From Armatimonadetes bacterium CG2_30_59_28 (GTDB lineage: Bacteria; Armatimonadota; Abditibacteriia; CG2-30-59-28): DNA of 64,000 bases. Where the stretch lies: NCBI GenBank assembly GCA_001872605.1, contig MNXM01000153.1:5100-69099 (forward strand), in the 5' to 3' direction. This document shows positions 36,050 to 46,043 of the stretch, piece after piece (within the stretch, counting starts at the first letter, position 1; every line of letters begins with the position of its first letter). A program made the translations under genes and the position numbers. A model generated the notes under the pieces. That model worked only from the letters and a program-made list of their open reading frames with translations, searched no databases and was not told the DNA's origin.

Positions 36050-38380
36050 CTACAAGCGTGTCTCCTTCAGCCGCAGTGCGTTGGAGATGACGGAAACCGA
36101 GCTGAATGTCATCGCCGCCGCGGCGATCATCGGGCTCAGAAGCAGCCCTGATAAAGGATAGAGCACTCCGGCCGCAATGGGAATACCGAGACCATTATAC
36201 AGCAACGCGAAGAACAGGTTCTGCCGAATGTTCCGCATGGTGGCTTTGCTCAGCCGGCGCGCCCGAACAATCCCCCGCAAGTCGCCCTTGACGAGCGTCA
36301 CGCTTGCGCTCTCCACGGCCACATCGGTGCCGCTCCCCATCGCGATACCCACGTGTGCCTGGGCCAGGGCGGGAGCGTCATTGATACCGTCACCGGCCAT
36401 GGCCACGGTGTGCCCGTCGGACTGAAGTCGTTTGATAATACTGCCCTTGTCCTCCGGCAGAACCCCCGCCTCCACTTCGTCAATCCCCAATTGGCTGGCA
36501 ACCGCCTGCGCAGTGGCCAAGTTATCGCCAGTCACCATGATCAGCCTGATACCGTCGGCGCGCAGATCACGAATTGCTTCAAGCGTTGTCTCTTTGATGG
36601 GATCGGAGACGCCGAAAACTCCGGCAAGTTGTCCGTCCACAGCAACGAACATCACGGTCTGCGCCTGCGCTCGCAGTTCGGCGCTTTTCCGTGCTCCAAG
36701 TTCAGTGTCCACGGCGAATTCGTTCATCAATGCTTGGTTCCCGATCGCGACCTCTCGACCGTCCACCTTGCCGGTAACCCCCTTGCCGGTGGTCGAGGCA
36801 AATTCTTCCGCAGGAGTCACTGGGACGCCTCGATCGTGCGCTCCTGCGACCATCGAGGCCGCGAGGGGATGCTCGCTGTTTTGTTCGAGGCTTGCGGCAA
36901 CACGGAGCAGCTCCGATTCGTCCATACTGCCGCAAGTGTAGATTGAGGTGAGTCTCGGTCTGCCTTCCGTCAGAGTGCCCGTCTTATCGGCGACCAGAGT
37001 GTCAACCCGTTCCATCACTTCGAGAGCTTCTGCGTTTCGGATGAGCACTCCCACGCTCGCGCCGCGTCCGGTTCCCACCATGATGGACATCGGGGTCGCC
37101 AACCCCAGCGCGCACGGACAGGCGATGATGAGCACAGCTACCGCATTGACCAGCGCGTAGGCCAACCGAGGTTCGGGACCGAAGATACTCCAGAGAAGAA
37201 AAGTGGCGGCGGCAACACCCACCACGATGGGCACGAAGTAGCCTGCAACCACATCGGCGACGTGTTGAATGGGGGCGCGGCTGCGCTGCGCCTCGTTGAC
37301 CATCTTCACGATGCGCGCGAGCAGCGTGTCACTGCCGACACGTTCCGCCTGCATGATAAAGCTGCCGGTTCCGTTCACCGTCCCGCCCGTCACCTTGTCT
37401 CCGGCTGCCTTTCCAACGGGCAGTGGCTCTCCCGTAATCATCGACTCATCCACCGGACTCCTGCCGTCAACCACGCTCCCATCGACGGGCACTTTCTCTC
37501 CGGGGCGCACGCGGAGCCGGTCACCAACCTGCACCTCTTCCAGTGGCACATCCACTTCGGCCCCCGCTTGGGCGACGCGGCGCGCGGTGCTGGGCGCCAG
37601 TCCCAGCAGAGCCTTGATGGCGCTGCTGGTCCGGCTGCGGGCCCGCAACTCAAGTATCTGCCCGAGCAATACCAGAGTGACGATCACCGCGGCGGCCTCA
37701 AAGTAGACAGCGACCTGACCTCCGTGACCGCGGAAGGACGCGGGGAAGATGTCCGGCGCCAGCGTCGCGATGGTACTGTAGACATACGCCGTTCCGGTCC
37801 CGATCCCGATGAGGGTGAACATATTCAGGTTTCGCGTCTGAATGGATCTCCATGCCCGCTGAAAGAATGGGAATCCTCCCCACAGCACCACCGGGGTCAC
37901 GAGAAGCAACTGAATCCAGTTCTTCGCTGTGTGGGACAACACTCTCCCCACCGGATCTCCGGGAATCATCGCGGCCATCGCCAGTGCAAACACCGGCACG
38001 GTGAAGACAATGGAGACCCGGAAGCGGCGCGTCATGTCCTCGAGTTCCGGGTTCGCCTCCTCAAGCACCACGGCCTGTGGCTCCAGCGCCATGCCGCACT
38101 TGGGGCATGTGCCCGGCCCCACTTGACTGACCCCCGGACACATCGGGCAGATGTAAGTTGCACCTTCGGACGTTTGCTGCGTCTTCTTCTCTTGTGGGAG
38201 GTATTCCTGCGGGTTTTGATTGAATTTCTCCAGGCAATGTCTGCTGCAGAAGTAGTATGGAGTCCCCTGGTAATCAAAAGAGCCGGCCGCCGACTCCGGC
38301 TCAACCTTCATCCCGCAGACTGGGTCTATTCGGCCGCCATTGGTCTCTCCGCCCTTGTGATGACAACAACATTCCTCCAT
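36050..38380 (-). CDS. copA: Cu(I)-translocating P1B-1 ATPase with YHS and HMBD N-terminal domains
   Basis: DPVCGM...YYFCS..C (YHS), YICPMC...[42 protein letters not shown] and MTFSS. Confidence 0.95.
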   Translation of the reverse strand: MEECCCHHKGGETNGGRIDPVCGMKVEPESAAGSFDYQGTPYYFCSRHCLEKFNQNPQEYLPQEKKTQQTSEGATYICPMCPGVSQVGPGTCPKCGMALEPQAVVLEEANPELEDMTRRFRVSIVFTVPVFALAMAAMIPGDPVGRVLSHTAKNWIQLLLVTPVVLWGGFPFFQRAWRSIQTRNLNMFTLIGIGTGTAYVYSTIATLAPDIFPASFRGHGGQVAVYFEAAAVIVTLVLLGQILELRARSRTSSAIKALLGLAPSTARRVAQAGAEVDVPLEEVQVGDRLRVRPGEKVPVDGSVVDGRSPVDESMITGEPLPVGKAAGDKVTGGTVNGTGSFIMQAERVGSDTLLARIVKMVNEAQRSRAPIQHVADVVAGYFVPIVVGVAAATFLLWSIFGPEPRLAYALVNAVAVLIIACPCALGLATPMSIMVGTGRGASVGVLIRNAEALEVMERVDTLVADKTGTLTEGRPRLTSIYTCGSMDESELLRVAASLEQNSEHPLAASMVAGAHDRGVPVTPAEEFASTTGKGVTGKVDGREVAIGNQALMNEFAVDTELGARKSAELRAQAQTVMFVAVDGQLAGVFGVSDPIKETTLEAIRDLRADGIRLIMVTGDNLATAQAVASQLGIDEVEAGVLPEDKGSIIKRLQSDGHTVAMAGDGINDAPALAQAHVGIAMGSGTDVAVESASVTLVKGDLRGIVRARRLSKATMRNIRQNLFFALLYNGLGIPIAAGVLYPLSGLLLSPMIAAAAMTFSSVSVISNALRLKETRL

Positions 38381-38395
38381 TGTTAATCACCTCCT

Positions 38396-39274
38396 TCAAG
38401 TTGTACCGGTAGCGATTCGGCGCGCCCCCGCGTACTTTTGCACGTAGTATGGATCATCCAGATTGCCAATGGTTACGCGACCGCGGCCGCTGGAAGCGTG
38501 GAGGAACTCGTTGCCTCCAACATAGAGACCTACGTGAGAAATGCCCGGTTTGTAAGTATTCGTGAAGAAGACAAGGTCCCCTGGTTGCAGGGCGCCATCG
38601 ACCTGTTGTCCCAATTTGAACAACTCCGCTGCAGAGTGAGGCGCGACGATACCATGCCGCCGCAACGTTGCGAGAATCAAGCCGGAACAGTCCATCCCGC
38701 TGAAGCTTGCCCCGCCCCAAAGATACGGGACCCCCAGGAACTCGCGAGCGGTCTCCAAGAACGGATGCAACTTTGCTTTGGCGCCATGCGCTCGTCTCAA
38801 TTCCGTCTCCATCTCATGCAGACGGTTTGCGAGGTTCTGCAAGTTGTCCTCAGCGGAGACCACCTGCTCGCCCAATTTTCGCAGTTGATTTTCACTCTCC
38901 AGCAATTGCACCTGCCATTGCCTCAACTGCTCGTGAGATTCGCTCGTCGAGGTCGTCGGCATCAACGCCAACGGCTGCAAAGGCGCACGCGCCGCAACGG
39001 ACTTTGACGATTGAAGGTCCGCATCGGGTGTCGGGGTGCTCTCTCGCCGCGCGGCTTCCAGTCGTTTGGCCGACGCTTCCAGCTCTCCCCGCGAGATTGC
39101 TCCCTCGGCGAACAAACGCTCATCGAGGGCATACTCCTCCAAAGCTTTGTCGAGAGCGATTTTGGCAGAAACCGACAGAGTTGCAGGTTCGAGTTGCGCC
39201 TCGGTCCTTCCAGGACTGGTTGGGGCGACGAACACGGCGGCAATGGAGAGTAAAAGAATCGGGCGAGACGTCAC
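38396..39274 (-). CDS. Secreted coiled-coil + NlpC/P60 peptidoglycan endopeptidase
   Basis: Signal peptide, coiled coil, LGVPYLWGG, DCSG, PGDLVFF, SHVGLY, FLHAS; GTGA overlap with the TolC gene. Confidence 0.88.
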   Translation of the reverse strand: MTSRPILLLSIAAVFVAPTSPGRTEAQLEPATLSVSAKIALDKALEEYALDERLFAEGAISRGELEASAKRLEAARRESTPTPDADLQSSKSVAARAPLQPLALMPTTSTSESHEQLRQWQVQLLESENQLRKLGEQVVSAEDNLQNLANRLHEMETELRRAHGAKAKLHPFLETAREFLGVPYLWGGASFSGMDCSGLILATLRRHGIVAPHSAAELFKLGQQVDGALQPGDLVFFTNTYKPGISHVGLYVGGNEFLHASSGRGRVTIGNLDDPYYVQKYAGARRIATGTT

Positions 39275-40614
39275 TGCCTCTCCCCTCTGACCGGCGCGCC
39301 GACCGCCCGTTCCAGCATGTCAATCGCGACGTTCTGCTCAAACAGCGCCTGGACGAGGTTGGTCCTCGCCCGGGTCAAGGCAGACAGAGCATCCAGCGGC
39401 TCGAGGTTGATGCCTTTGCCTGACGAATAGCGCAGTTGCGCCAGTCGGTAATCTTCCTCGGCAGCCTTAACGGCGGCTTGCGCGGTGGTGATATTCTGCG
39501 TTGCGGCGGTGAGTTGCAGCAGCGAAGTATGCACCTGCTTCGTCACGATCAACTTGATTTGCTCCCCGTCCTGCCTAACCTTCTGCACGTCGGCTTTCGC
39601 TTCGGCAACCTGCGCCTTGCGCGATCCGCCGTCCAGCAATGGCAGACTGGCTATCACACCCACCGTTACACCGGCATCGTTTCCCGCTCCGCGCTGGGAT
39701 CGCCAGTCGGTTACCGCGGCGAAGTCGACCTGGGGCTTGAACGCGCTGTGAGCGACTTTGACCTCGGCCCCTGCAGCTTCGAGCCGTTTGGAGACGGCCT
39801 GTAACTCGGGCCGTGATTCCAGGGCGAGTTGTTGCACCGTGTCGCCTTCCGGGTTCAAGTTCTCTAACGCCAATTGTTCGGACGGTACAAAATCGGACTT
39901 CTGGTCGACACCCATCACGGTCTTCAGGTCTACCCGCGCGATGTTGAGGTCCCGCCGCGCGTCGGTCAACTTCTGTTGTGCGTCTGCCAGGTCGGCTTCG
40001 TTCCGCAAAACATTGACCAACGGCACTTTTCCCGCGTCGTACATCGCCCGATCGATTCTTAATCGCTCCTGGTCGGCGTCAACAAGGGCTTGGAAGATGT
40101 CCACAACCGCGCGGGTCCACAACACACGACGATAGGCGACCCGTGTGTCCAACTGAATGTCCTGGCGCACGGTCTCCTCGTCGGCCTGTATGGACTCATA
40201 CAGAGACCGGGCAGACGTGACACGGCTTTTCAGCCGTCCGCCGGTGTAGAGCGGAAAGAGAGCCGTCAGATTTTGGTTGAACGACGCGCTGGGCCCTATC
40301 ATTTCCATGTCACTCGGCATCACGGAAGACGGCCCGGACAGCATGTTGACACCATCACCCGCGGTGACGTGGCTGGTTGCCGAGCCAATCAGGCGCGTGT
40401 CGGCCACGGCTCGGCGCAACCGCGCGCGCGCGCCCTCAACCTCAGCACTCTGGCCTTTTACCATCGGACTTTCCCGAAGGGCCGTTGTGACGGCCTCGTT
40501 CAGCGACAGCGGCCCCGACAGGACAAAGCGTTCTCCCGGACTTTGCCCCCAACTTACAGCGGTCCAGCCCAGAAGAGCGAGACCTCCCCATAGACAGATT
40601 TGCATTCTTTGCAC
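39271..40614 (-). CDS. TolC family outer-membrane channel
   Basis: Signal peptide, LSLNEAVTTAL, PLYTGG, SRPELQA, PLLDGG, YSSGKG, duplicated helical halves. Confidence 0.88.
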   Translation of the reverse strand: MQRMQICLWGGLALLGWTAVSWGQSPGERFVLSGPLSLNEAVTTALRESPMVKGQSAEVEGARARLRRAVADTRLIGSATSHVTAGDGVNMLSGPSSVMPSDMEMIGPSASFNQNLTALFPLYTGGRLKSRVTSARSLYESIQADEETVRQDIQLDTRVAYRRVLWTRAVVDIFQALVDADQERLRIDRAMYDAGKVPLVNVLRNEADLADAQQKLTDARRDLNIARVDLKTVMGVDQKSDFVPSEQLALENLNPEGDTVQQLALESRPELQAVSKRLEAAGAEVKVAHSAFKPQVDFAAVTDWRSQRGAGNDAGVTVGVIASLPLLDGGSRKAQVAEAKADVQKVRQDGEQIKLIVTKQVHTSLLQLTAATQNITTAQAAVKAAEEDYRLAQLRYSSGKGINLEPLDALSALTRARTNLVQALFEQNVAIDMLERAVGAPVRGERQ

Positions 40615-40620
40615 TTCCTT

Positions 40621-41277
40621 TCATGATGATTCAACGGTGTTCGCAGGTTGGCTGCGACTTCCCTGCAATGGAGTTTGCGGTCGCAAAGCCCGCTGCCGAA
40701 GCTCTTCGGCCCGCTTGCGTTGTGAGGGAGTCAGGATTTGCATCGCGCGCTCCCAATACTCCAGTTTCAGATTCCCATACTCTCTCGAAAACTGAGACAC
40801 CGGTTCGGCCCGGCGCTGAAGCTCTACGAGATTCCCCTTGCCGGACTTGGCCTCCTCCTCGGCAAACTCACGGAACTTTGTGGCTTCATTGTCGAGTTCT
40901 CGTTTCAGAGGACCGGAGAAACGTCTCCAATCTTCCGTCAAAGCTCGCAGCTTGGACTGCTGTTGTGGGGTCAGGTTGAGAGCGCCTGCGCCCTCCAGCA
41001 AAACACCCATCTCAGGCGCGAAGCGAGTGGGCGCGGGACCTCCGGGGATCACGCGGCTCTGAACGACCGGAGGCGGCTGCGGCTTCATTGTCTCCTGCCA
41101 ACGAGAGTACACCACGTAGGCAGAGACCATCAGGGCGACAGCAATCCCCGGCCCGAAGTTGAGCCGGCGGTACCTGCTATTGTTGGTAGACTGCCCAACC
41201 ACCGTGGAGTCTGGGGAATGTTGCTGATTGCGCGATCTCTTGTTCAAGCTTTTTTCTCGATTTCTGTTGGTTGACAA
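40621..41277 (-). CDS. Membrane-anchored Spy/CpxP-like periplasmic helical protein
   Basis: TM anchor, then LNLTPQQQSKL ... ILTPSQRK (LTxxQ motifs); start uncertain. Confidence 0.55.
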   Translation of the reverse strand: MSTNRNREKSLNKRSRNQQHSPDSTVVGQSTNNSRYRRLNFGPGIAVALMVSAYVVYSRWQETMKPQPPPVVQSRVIPGGPAPTRFAPEMGVLLEGAGALNLTPQQQSKLRALTEDWRRFSGPLKRELDNEATKFREFAEEEAKSGKGNLVELQRRAEPVSQFSREYGNLKLEYWERAMQILTPSQRKRAEELRQRALRPQTPLQGSRSQPANTVESS

Positions 41278-41286
41278 GGCCTTCTA

Positions 41287-41533
41287 TTGCTGAGCACAAT
41301 TCGGCGCGTAAACCGGACGCAACTGCGCAATGCTATTCTGACTGAAACGGTTGAACTCGACATCAGCAGCCACGCTCATATCGAGGGTTACAAGGATGGA
41401 CTGACAGAGCAATATATGCAACGAGCGGTTTTGGAGGGCGCGGTAATCGCAGACTACCTCGACCGAGGGCGCAAACTGCTCTTGCGTTCCCGACGACACG
41501 GTTTGGCATCCAAACTATAAGATTCGAAAGTAA
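41287..41533 (+). pseudogene. DUF4258-like toxin remnant (internal deletion + frameshift)
   Basis: ISSHAH...RAVLEGAVIADYLDRGRKLL in one frame; C-terminal VPDDTVWHPNYKIRK* in the +1 frame. Confidence 0.65.
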
Positions 41534-41544
41534 CGGTGATCAAC

Positions 41545-41751
41545 ATGCGTCGATGCTCCAATTGCGACAAGCAAACCGAATTTTGTTTTACAACCAACAC
41601 CTATACCAGAAAAGATTCCGAGGTGGAAACAGCCAGTCAGATCACTGAATGCATCTCACCGGTATTTGATGCGGCCAAGGGGCTGCACAAATTACCCGCG
41701 CCCAGAGTCTCTGTCACCTTCCCCGAAACGGTCCAGGCCAAAGCGGCGTAG
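41545..41751 (+). pseudogene. YgiT/MqsA-type zinc-finger antitoxin remnant lacking the second CxxC
   Basis: MRRCSNC...TTNTYTRKDSEVE directly followed by TASQITE; only one CxxC; follows the DUF4258-like gene. Confidence 0.55.
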
Positions 41752-41785
41752 CCACTCCCATACACACCCACACCCCCATACTTCT

Positions 41786-44700
41786 TCACTCCTTCCCCTC
41801 CTGCTCCGCCAACTGCGCTGTCAGATCCTGGTCTGTTTCGGTGACCGGCCATTCCCAGTCGCGGTTGAGGAATGCCTTGTTGAGCCACTTAATGAAGTCG
41901 TCCACGTACGTGTGCATAATTGGGATATCGAAGAGACTCAGAATCGTTCCAATGATCAGTCCCCCGATGACGACGACCCCGACGGACGAATAGGCATCCA
42001 TTCCGGTCTTGGGGAAGAAGGCAACGGGTATCATCACGATAATGGTGATGATCGAGGTCATCACAATGGGGCGCATCCTTTGCGGGCAAGCCTCAGTCAC
42101 GGCCTGGTCGCGCGGGACACCGCGGTCCCGATAGCGCATGATCATATCGATCAGCAGGATGGCTGTCGTGATGTCCATGCCGGTCAATACAATGACCGCC
42201 ATGATCGACACCGTGGAAAATGCCTGGTGTGTCAGCCATAGAGCCACGAACACACCTGCCATCTCCAGAGGCAGGGAAAAGCCCATTTGCAGCGGTTGCA
42301 GGAACCCACGGAACTGGGCTACCAGAACGAGCAGCATGAATATGATCGCCAGCACCAGTCCGGTGAGGAGGCGCCGGAACGAGTCCATCATCTGCGTCAT
42401 GTCGCCGCGAACTTCCAGACCGTAGCCTGGGGGCCAGTTCAGTTCCGCCATGGACTTCATCTCTATCTCCATCGCGAGGTCCATCGAGGGGGGGCCATTG
42501 CGACGATAGTATCCGAGGATCGTGTTGACCCGTCGGATACCGTCGTGTTCGATGACCGTCGGTGCGCGTCGCGGCTCAAGATCTGCGACGCTTTTGAGCG
42601 GGACCTGCCTTCCACCGTCGCCGGTGATGTACAATTCCTCCAGATTCTTCGAGGTGGCTCGGCTATCGGGTTTATACCGGACCTGGATGACATTCTGGCG
42701 AATGTTGGGGATCCGATAGAATTCGTTCGTAAACCCGCCGCGCAGAGAGTAGTAGGCTTGCTCGGCGATTTCGTTCACGGTCAATCCCAACTCCTGTGCG
42801 CGGCTGGGATTCACTTTGACTTCCCAGTCCGGCAGCCCCATGGTCCAACTGGTAGCAACCTGGTGCATGCCGTAGGTATGCTCCGCAATCTCTGCGACTT
42901 GCTTTCCCATTTGATCGAGGGTATTGAGGTCAGGGCCGTAGACAATCAACGCGATGGGCGCCTGCGAAGAGGCCATGACATCCGACCCCATTTCCTTGAT
43001 CTGGAAGCGGCGGATTCCCGGGATGGTGTCCATCGCCTCTCTCTGTACGCCGTCTATTACCTTCCACATGTCGCGCGTCCGTTCGCTCCGGTCGGACAGC
43101 GTCAACATAAATGTGGCGGAATTCACGAGCGGCATTGCATAGCCGGTAAAGTAGGTTCCCGTGCTTTCCAGCATGTTCTCAAAGCCCATCTCGATGGAGG
43201 CTTTCTCAACCTCAGGATGTCTCAAGATTATGCGCTCAACCTGCTCCACCGCGCGCTCGGTCTGTTCGAAAGACGTGCCTGGCTGCATTTCCAGTATCCC
43301 ATAGGCTTGCCCTACATCCGCCAACGGCATCATCTCGCTGCCGATGAAGTAGTAGAAGCCGAATCCCACGATGACCGTTGCCAGGATGCGCGCCATGTTG
43401 GAAAAGCGATGTTTCAGCATCCAGGCGATGATTTTGGAATAACCCGTCTCAAGTCGGTTCAAGAAATGCTGGAAGGGCATCAACGCATAGTTGTAAAGAT
43501 ATGCGTAAGGTCTAAACCGCAGGTCCTTTTCGCGTTCATCTTCGTGCCGCAACAGATTGGCGCACAACAGAGCGGTCAGGGTGAAGGAGACCAGCATCGA
43601 GGCCATCAGACCGAAGATGAGCGGCCAGACCAGCTCGCGAAACATCAACTCCACAATACCGCCGCAGAAGAGCATTGGGGCAAGCGCCAGAACGATCATG
43701 AAAGTTGAGGCTATGACGGCCAGTCGCACCTCCGCAATGCCGTCGATGGTGGCTTCCTTTGGGCTCTTGCCCATCCGCAGGTGGCGTTCCACCGAGTGGA
43801 CATCAATGATGGTGTCATCCACCAGACGGCCAATGGACAAGAGAAGACCGATCAGCGTCCCGCTGTTGAGCGTCATCCCAGCCGCGTGAAGACACAGAAT
43901 GGCGATCGCCAGAGACATGGGAATGGTAATCAGGGAAATCAGGGTTCCCCGCCACTCCCCCAGGAAGAAGAAGACCACGATGCCGCACAGGAGGATCGCT
44001 ATCGCCAACTCATGCATCATGTTCTCAAACAGGATGTCCACAAAGTGGGCGTTGCTGTAGGACTCCTCGAATTTGACTCCCGGGTTATTGCTTTCTATCT
44101 GGCGCAGAACCTTGTTGACGCCCTGGATCGTCTTCCAGGAACTCGCCCAGGGGTTCTGGAGCACAGCGACCTCGATGGAAGGGATGACTTCCCCCATCGT
44201 CCCCGGCTCGTGTTTGAGAAAATGATAAGCGCTGCGTCGCTCCCAGTGGGTGTCGAGCACCCGGGCGACGTCTTTCACATAGACAATCCGCGGGCTTTGT
44301 GCCGGTCCCAGTAAAGTGGTTTGTGGTTGGGGGTTGGGGGTTGACGAGGACGCCTGTGAACTTCCTCCCATCGTCCCCATGCCGCTTCCACCGGCGCCGC
44401 CAGCGCCGCGCTGGGTGCGGCCGGTGGAAGGATTGACGGCGGCAACGGGATAGTTGAGCACCATGTCTGCGCTGATCGCGCGCGTGTCGAAGCGGACAAT
44501 AGCCTCGTTGTCTCCAGATGTCAGAGTTCCCCCAGGGCGGCTCACGTTGTATCGGTCGATGGCGTTGCGCACGTCCAGGATGGAAAGCCCGTAGGCTGCG
44601 GCTTTCTCCCGATCAACAACCACCTGCAACTGCCGGCGATATCCGCCGAACGGAACAACCGAGTAGACGTCCGGCACGACCTTGAGCCGGTTCACGACCT

Positions 44701-45241
44701 CGTTATCAGCGAATTCACGTAACCCGACCTTGTCCCAGCCCTTTCCTGTAAGGCTTAGAGTGACAATCGGGATATTAAGAGGATCAATGGGAAGCACCCA
44801 GGAAGGTTTCAGGTTGGCGCCGGTCGCGGGCAGGTTTGCCTGTACCACATTCATCAGAGCTTGAACGTCGAAGAGGGCCTTCTTCATGTCAACGCCATAC
44901 CAGAATTCCAGACTGACAATGGAGAACCCATCCTGTGACGTGGAGCGGATATAGTGGAGGTTCTGGATGTTGACCATCTGCTCTTCGATGGGTTTGCTGA
45001 TGTACAGCTCCATCTCCTCGGCAGACAGACCGGGCATCATCGACACGACGCCGATCATGGGGCTTTCGACATAGGGCATGAACCGGCGCGGCATGAACTT
45101 AAGAGCCAGAACTGATAGCACCACCATGGCGAAGTAGAAGGCGATGATTACATACGGGTGCTCAATCGACCACTTATGGATCAGATGCAGCGGGTTGACG
45201 CCGCGACTTTCCCAGCGAGGTTTGTGAACAGAATCAGCCAT
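41786..45241 (-). CDS. RND efflux permease (AcrB/CusA superfamily), Met-rich, atypical TM4/TM10
   Basis: GLSAEEME...IE, VVPFGGYRRQLQVVVD, IGRLVDD, RMRPIVMTS, VVIGGLIIGTILSL. Confidence 0.93.
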   Translation of the reverse strand: MADSVHKPRWESRGVNPLHLIHKWSIEHPYVIIAFYFAMVVLSVLALKFMPRRFMPYVESPMIGVVSMMPGLSAEEMELYISKPIEEQMVNIQNLHYIRSTSQDGFSIVSLEFWYGVDMKKALFDVQALMNVVQANLPATGANLKPSWVLPIDPLNIPIVTLSLTGKGWDKVGLREFADNEVVNRLKVVPDVYSVVPFGGYRRQLQVVVDREKAAAYGLSILDVRNAIDRYNVSRPGGTLTSGDNEAIVRFDTRAISADMVLNYPVAAVNPSTGRTQRGAGGAGGSGMGTMGGSSQASSSTPNPQPQTTLLGPAQSPRIVYVKDVARVLDTHWERRSAYHFLKHEPGTMGEVIPSIEVAVLQNPWASSWKTIQGVNKVLRQIESNNPGVKFEESYSNAHFVDILFENMMHELAIAILLCGIVVFFFLGEWRGTLISLITIPMSLAIAILCLHAAGMTLNSGTLIGLLLSIGRLVDDTIIDVHSVERHLRMGKSPKEATIDGIAEVRLAVIASTFMIVLALAPMLFCGGIVELMFRELVWPLIFGLMASMLVSFTLTALLCANLLRHEDEREKDLRFRPYAYLYNYALMPFQHFLNRLETGYSKIIAWMLKHRFSNMARILATVIVGFGFYYFIGSEMMPLADVGQAYGILEMQPGTSFEQTERAVEQVERIILRHPEVEKASIEMGFENMLESTGTYFTGYAMPLVNSATFMLTLSDRSERTRDMWKVIDGVQREAMDTIPGIRRFQIKEMGSDVMASSQAPIALIVYGPDLNTLDQMGKQVAEIAEHTYGMHQVATSWTMGLPDWEVKVNPSRAQELGLTVNEIAEQAYYSLRGGFTNEFYRIPNIRQNVIQVRYKPDSRATSKNLEELYITGDGGRQVPLKSVADLEPRRAPTVIEHDGIRRVNTILGYYRRNGPPSMDLAMEIEMKSMAELNWPPGYGLEVRGDMTQMMDSFRRLLTGLVLAIIFMLLVLVAQFRGFLQPLQMGFSLPLEMAGVFVALWLTHQAFSTVSIMAVIVLTGMDITTAILLIDMIMRYRDRGVPRDQAVTEACPQRMRPIVMTSIITIIVMIPVAFFPKTGMDAYSSVGVVVIGGLIIGTILSLFDIPIMHTYVDDFIKWLNKAFLNRDWEWPVTETDQDLTAQLAEQEGKE

Positions 45242-45272
45242 GTTTCTCTCCAGTAGACAAATCCATCTCTCT

Positions 45273-45339
45273 TCCGCAGATTTCGCGGATGGACGCTGAT
45301 CAAGGTTCCTGAATCTGCGCCATCCGCGTCATCTGCGGA
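45273..45339. repeat. Imperfect palindrome of the CGCAGAT/ATCTGCG type (REP-like)
   Basis: TCCGCAGATTTCGCGGATGGACGCTGAT ... ATCTGCGCCATCCGCGTCATCTGCGGA. Confidence 0.6.
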
Positions 45340-45375
45340 CAGGGCTGTTTGTAGGAGTCGAATCCTTGCGAAGAT

Positions 45376-45978
45376 TCAGCAGCCTCCACCTCGCGAACCG
45401 CAGCAGGAGCCGCCCCCGCTGTGGTCGTGACCCTGAGTCCCGGCCTTCCCTTCCTGCCGGGAAGTCGCCCCGACAGTCTCCGGCACGACCTGGTAACCGC
45501 CAGACTCCAGTGCGGCGATCAACTGGGTCAGCGTCGCGTTCCCCTGGGGACCGAATTGCACGAGGACCGTTCCTTCCTTCTCCTGCACTCGGGCGCTTTT
45601 GACCCCGGGGGTGGCTTCCAGGGCCTTTACCGCACTCTCCGACGAGGATTCGCTTGAGTTGGGCTTGATCTTCAAGACCAAAGACAGGACGTAGGGTTCC
45701 CCGTGCGCATTACGGGCCTTGCCGGCTGCGATCGACATGAACTGGACGTCCGTCTTTTCGGGAGCAAATTGGACAACGGTTCTTTTCTGTTTGAGATCAG
45801 TCGAGACCGCCGCAACGCCGGTAACTTTCTTCAGACCGGATTCCAGGTTCGGCACGCACGCGGCGCATCGGAAACCCTCCACCTCGTATGTCGCCTGCTG
45901 CGGCTTGGATAAAGCAGACAACACAGCGGTACACATTCCTGTAACTAACACTCCCATCAATGCTAACCTGATATTCAT
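45376..45978 (-). CDS. Secreted tandem HMA-domain metal chaperone
   Basis: Signal peptide; first domain YEVEGFRCAACV...LKKVTGV; second HMA-like fold lacks CxxC; His/Cys tail HDHSGGGSCCGSRGGGC. Confidence 0.8.
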   Translation of the reverse strand: MNIRLALMGVLVTGMCTAVLSALSKPQQATYEVEGFRCAACVPNLESGLKKVTGVAAVSTDLKQKRTVVQFAPEKTDVQFMSIAAGKARNAHGEPYVLSLVLKIKPNSSESSSESAVKALEATPGVKSARVQEKEGTVLVQFGPQGNATLTQLIAALESGGYQVVPETVGATSRQEGKAGTQGHDHSGGGSCCGSRGGGC

Positions 45979-46043
45979 TTCTTCCTCCTTAAGAACACTT
46001 CCTACTGACTAACTCCGAGCAACGCCCCACCCTTCGAGTGGCG

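Noticed and set aside
35587-36090. 167-aa plus-strand ORF
   Set aside because: Shadow of the minus-strand HMBD pseudogene; no motifs.
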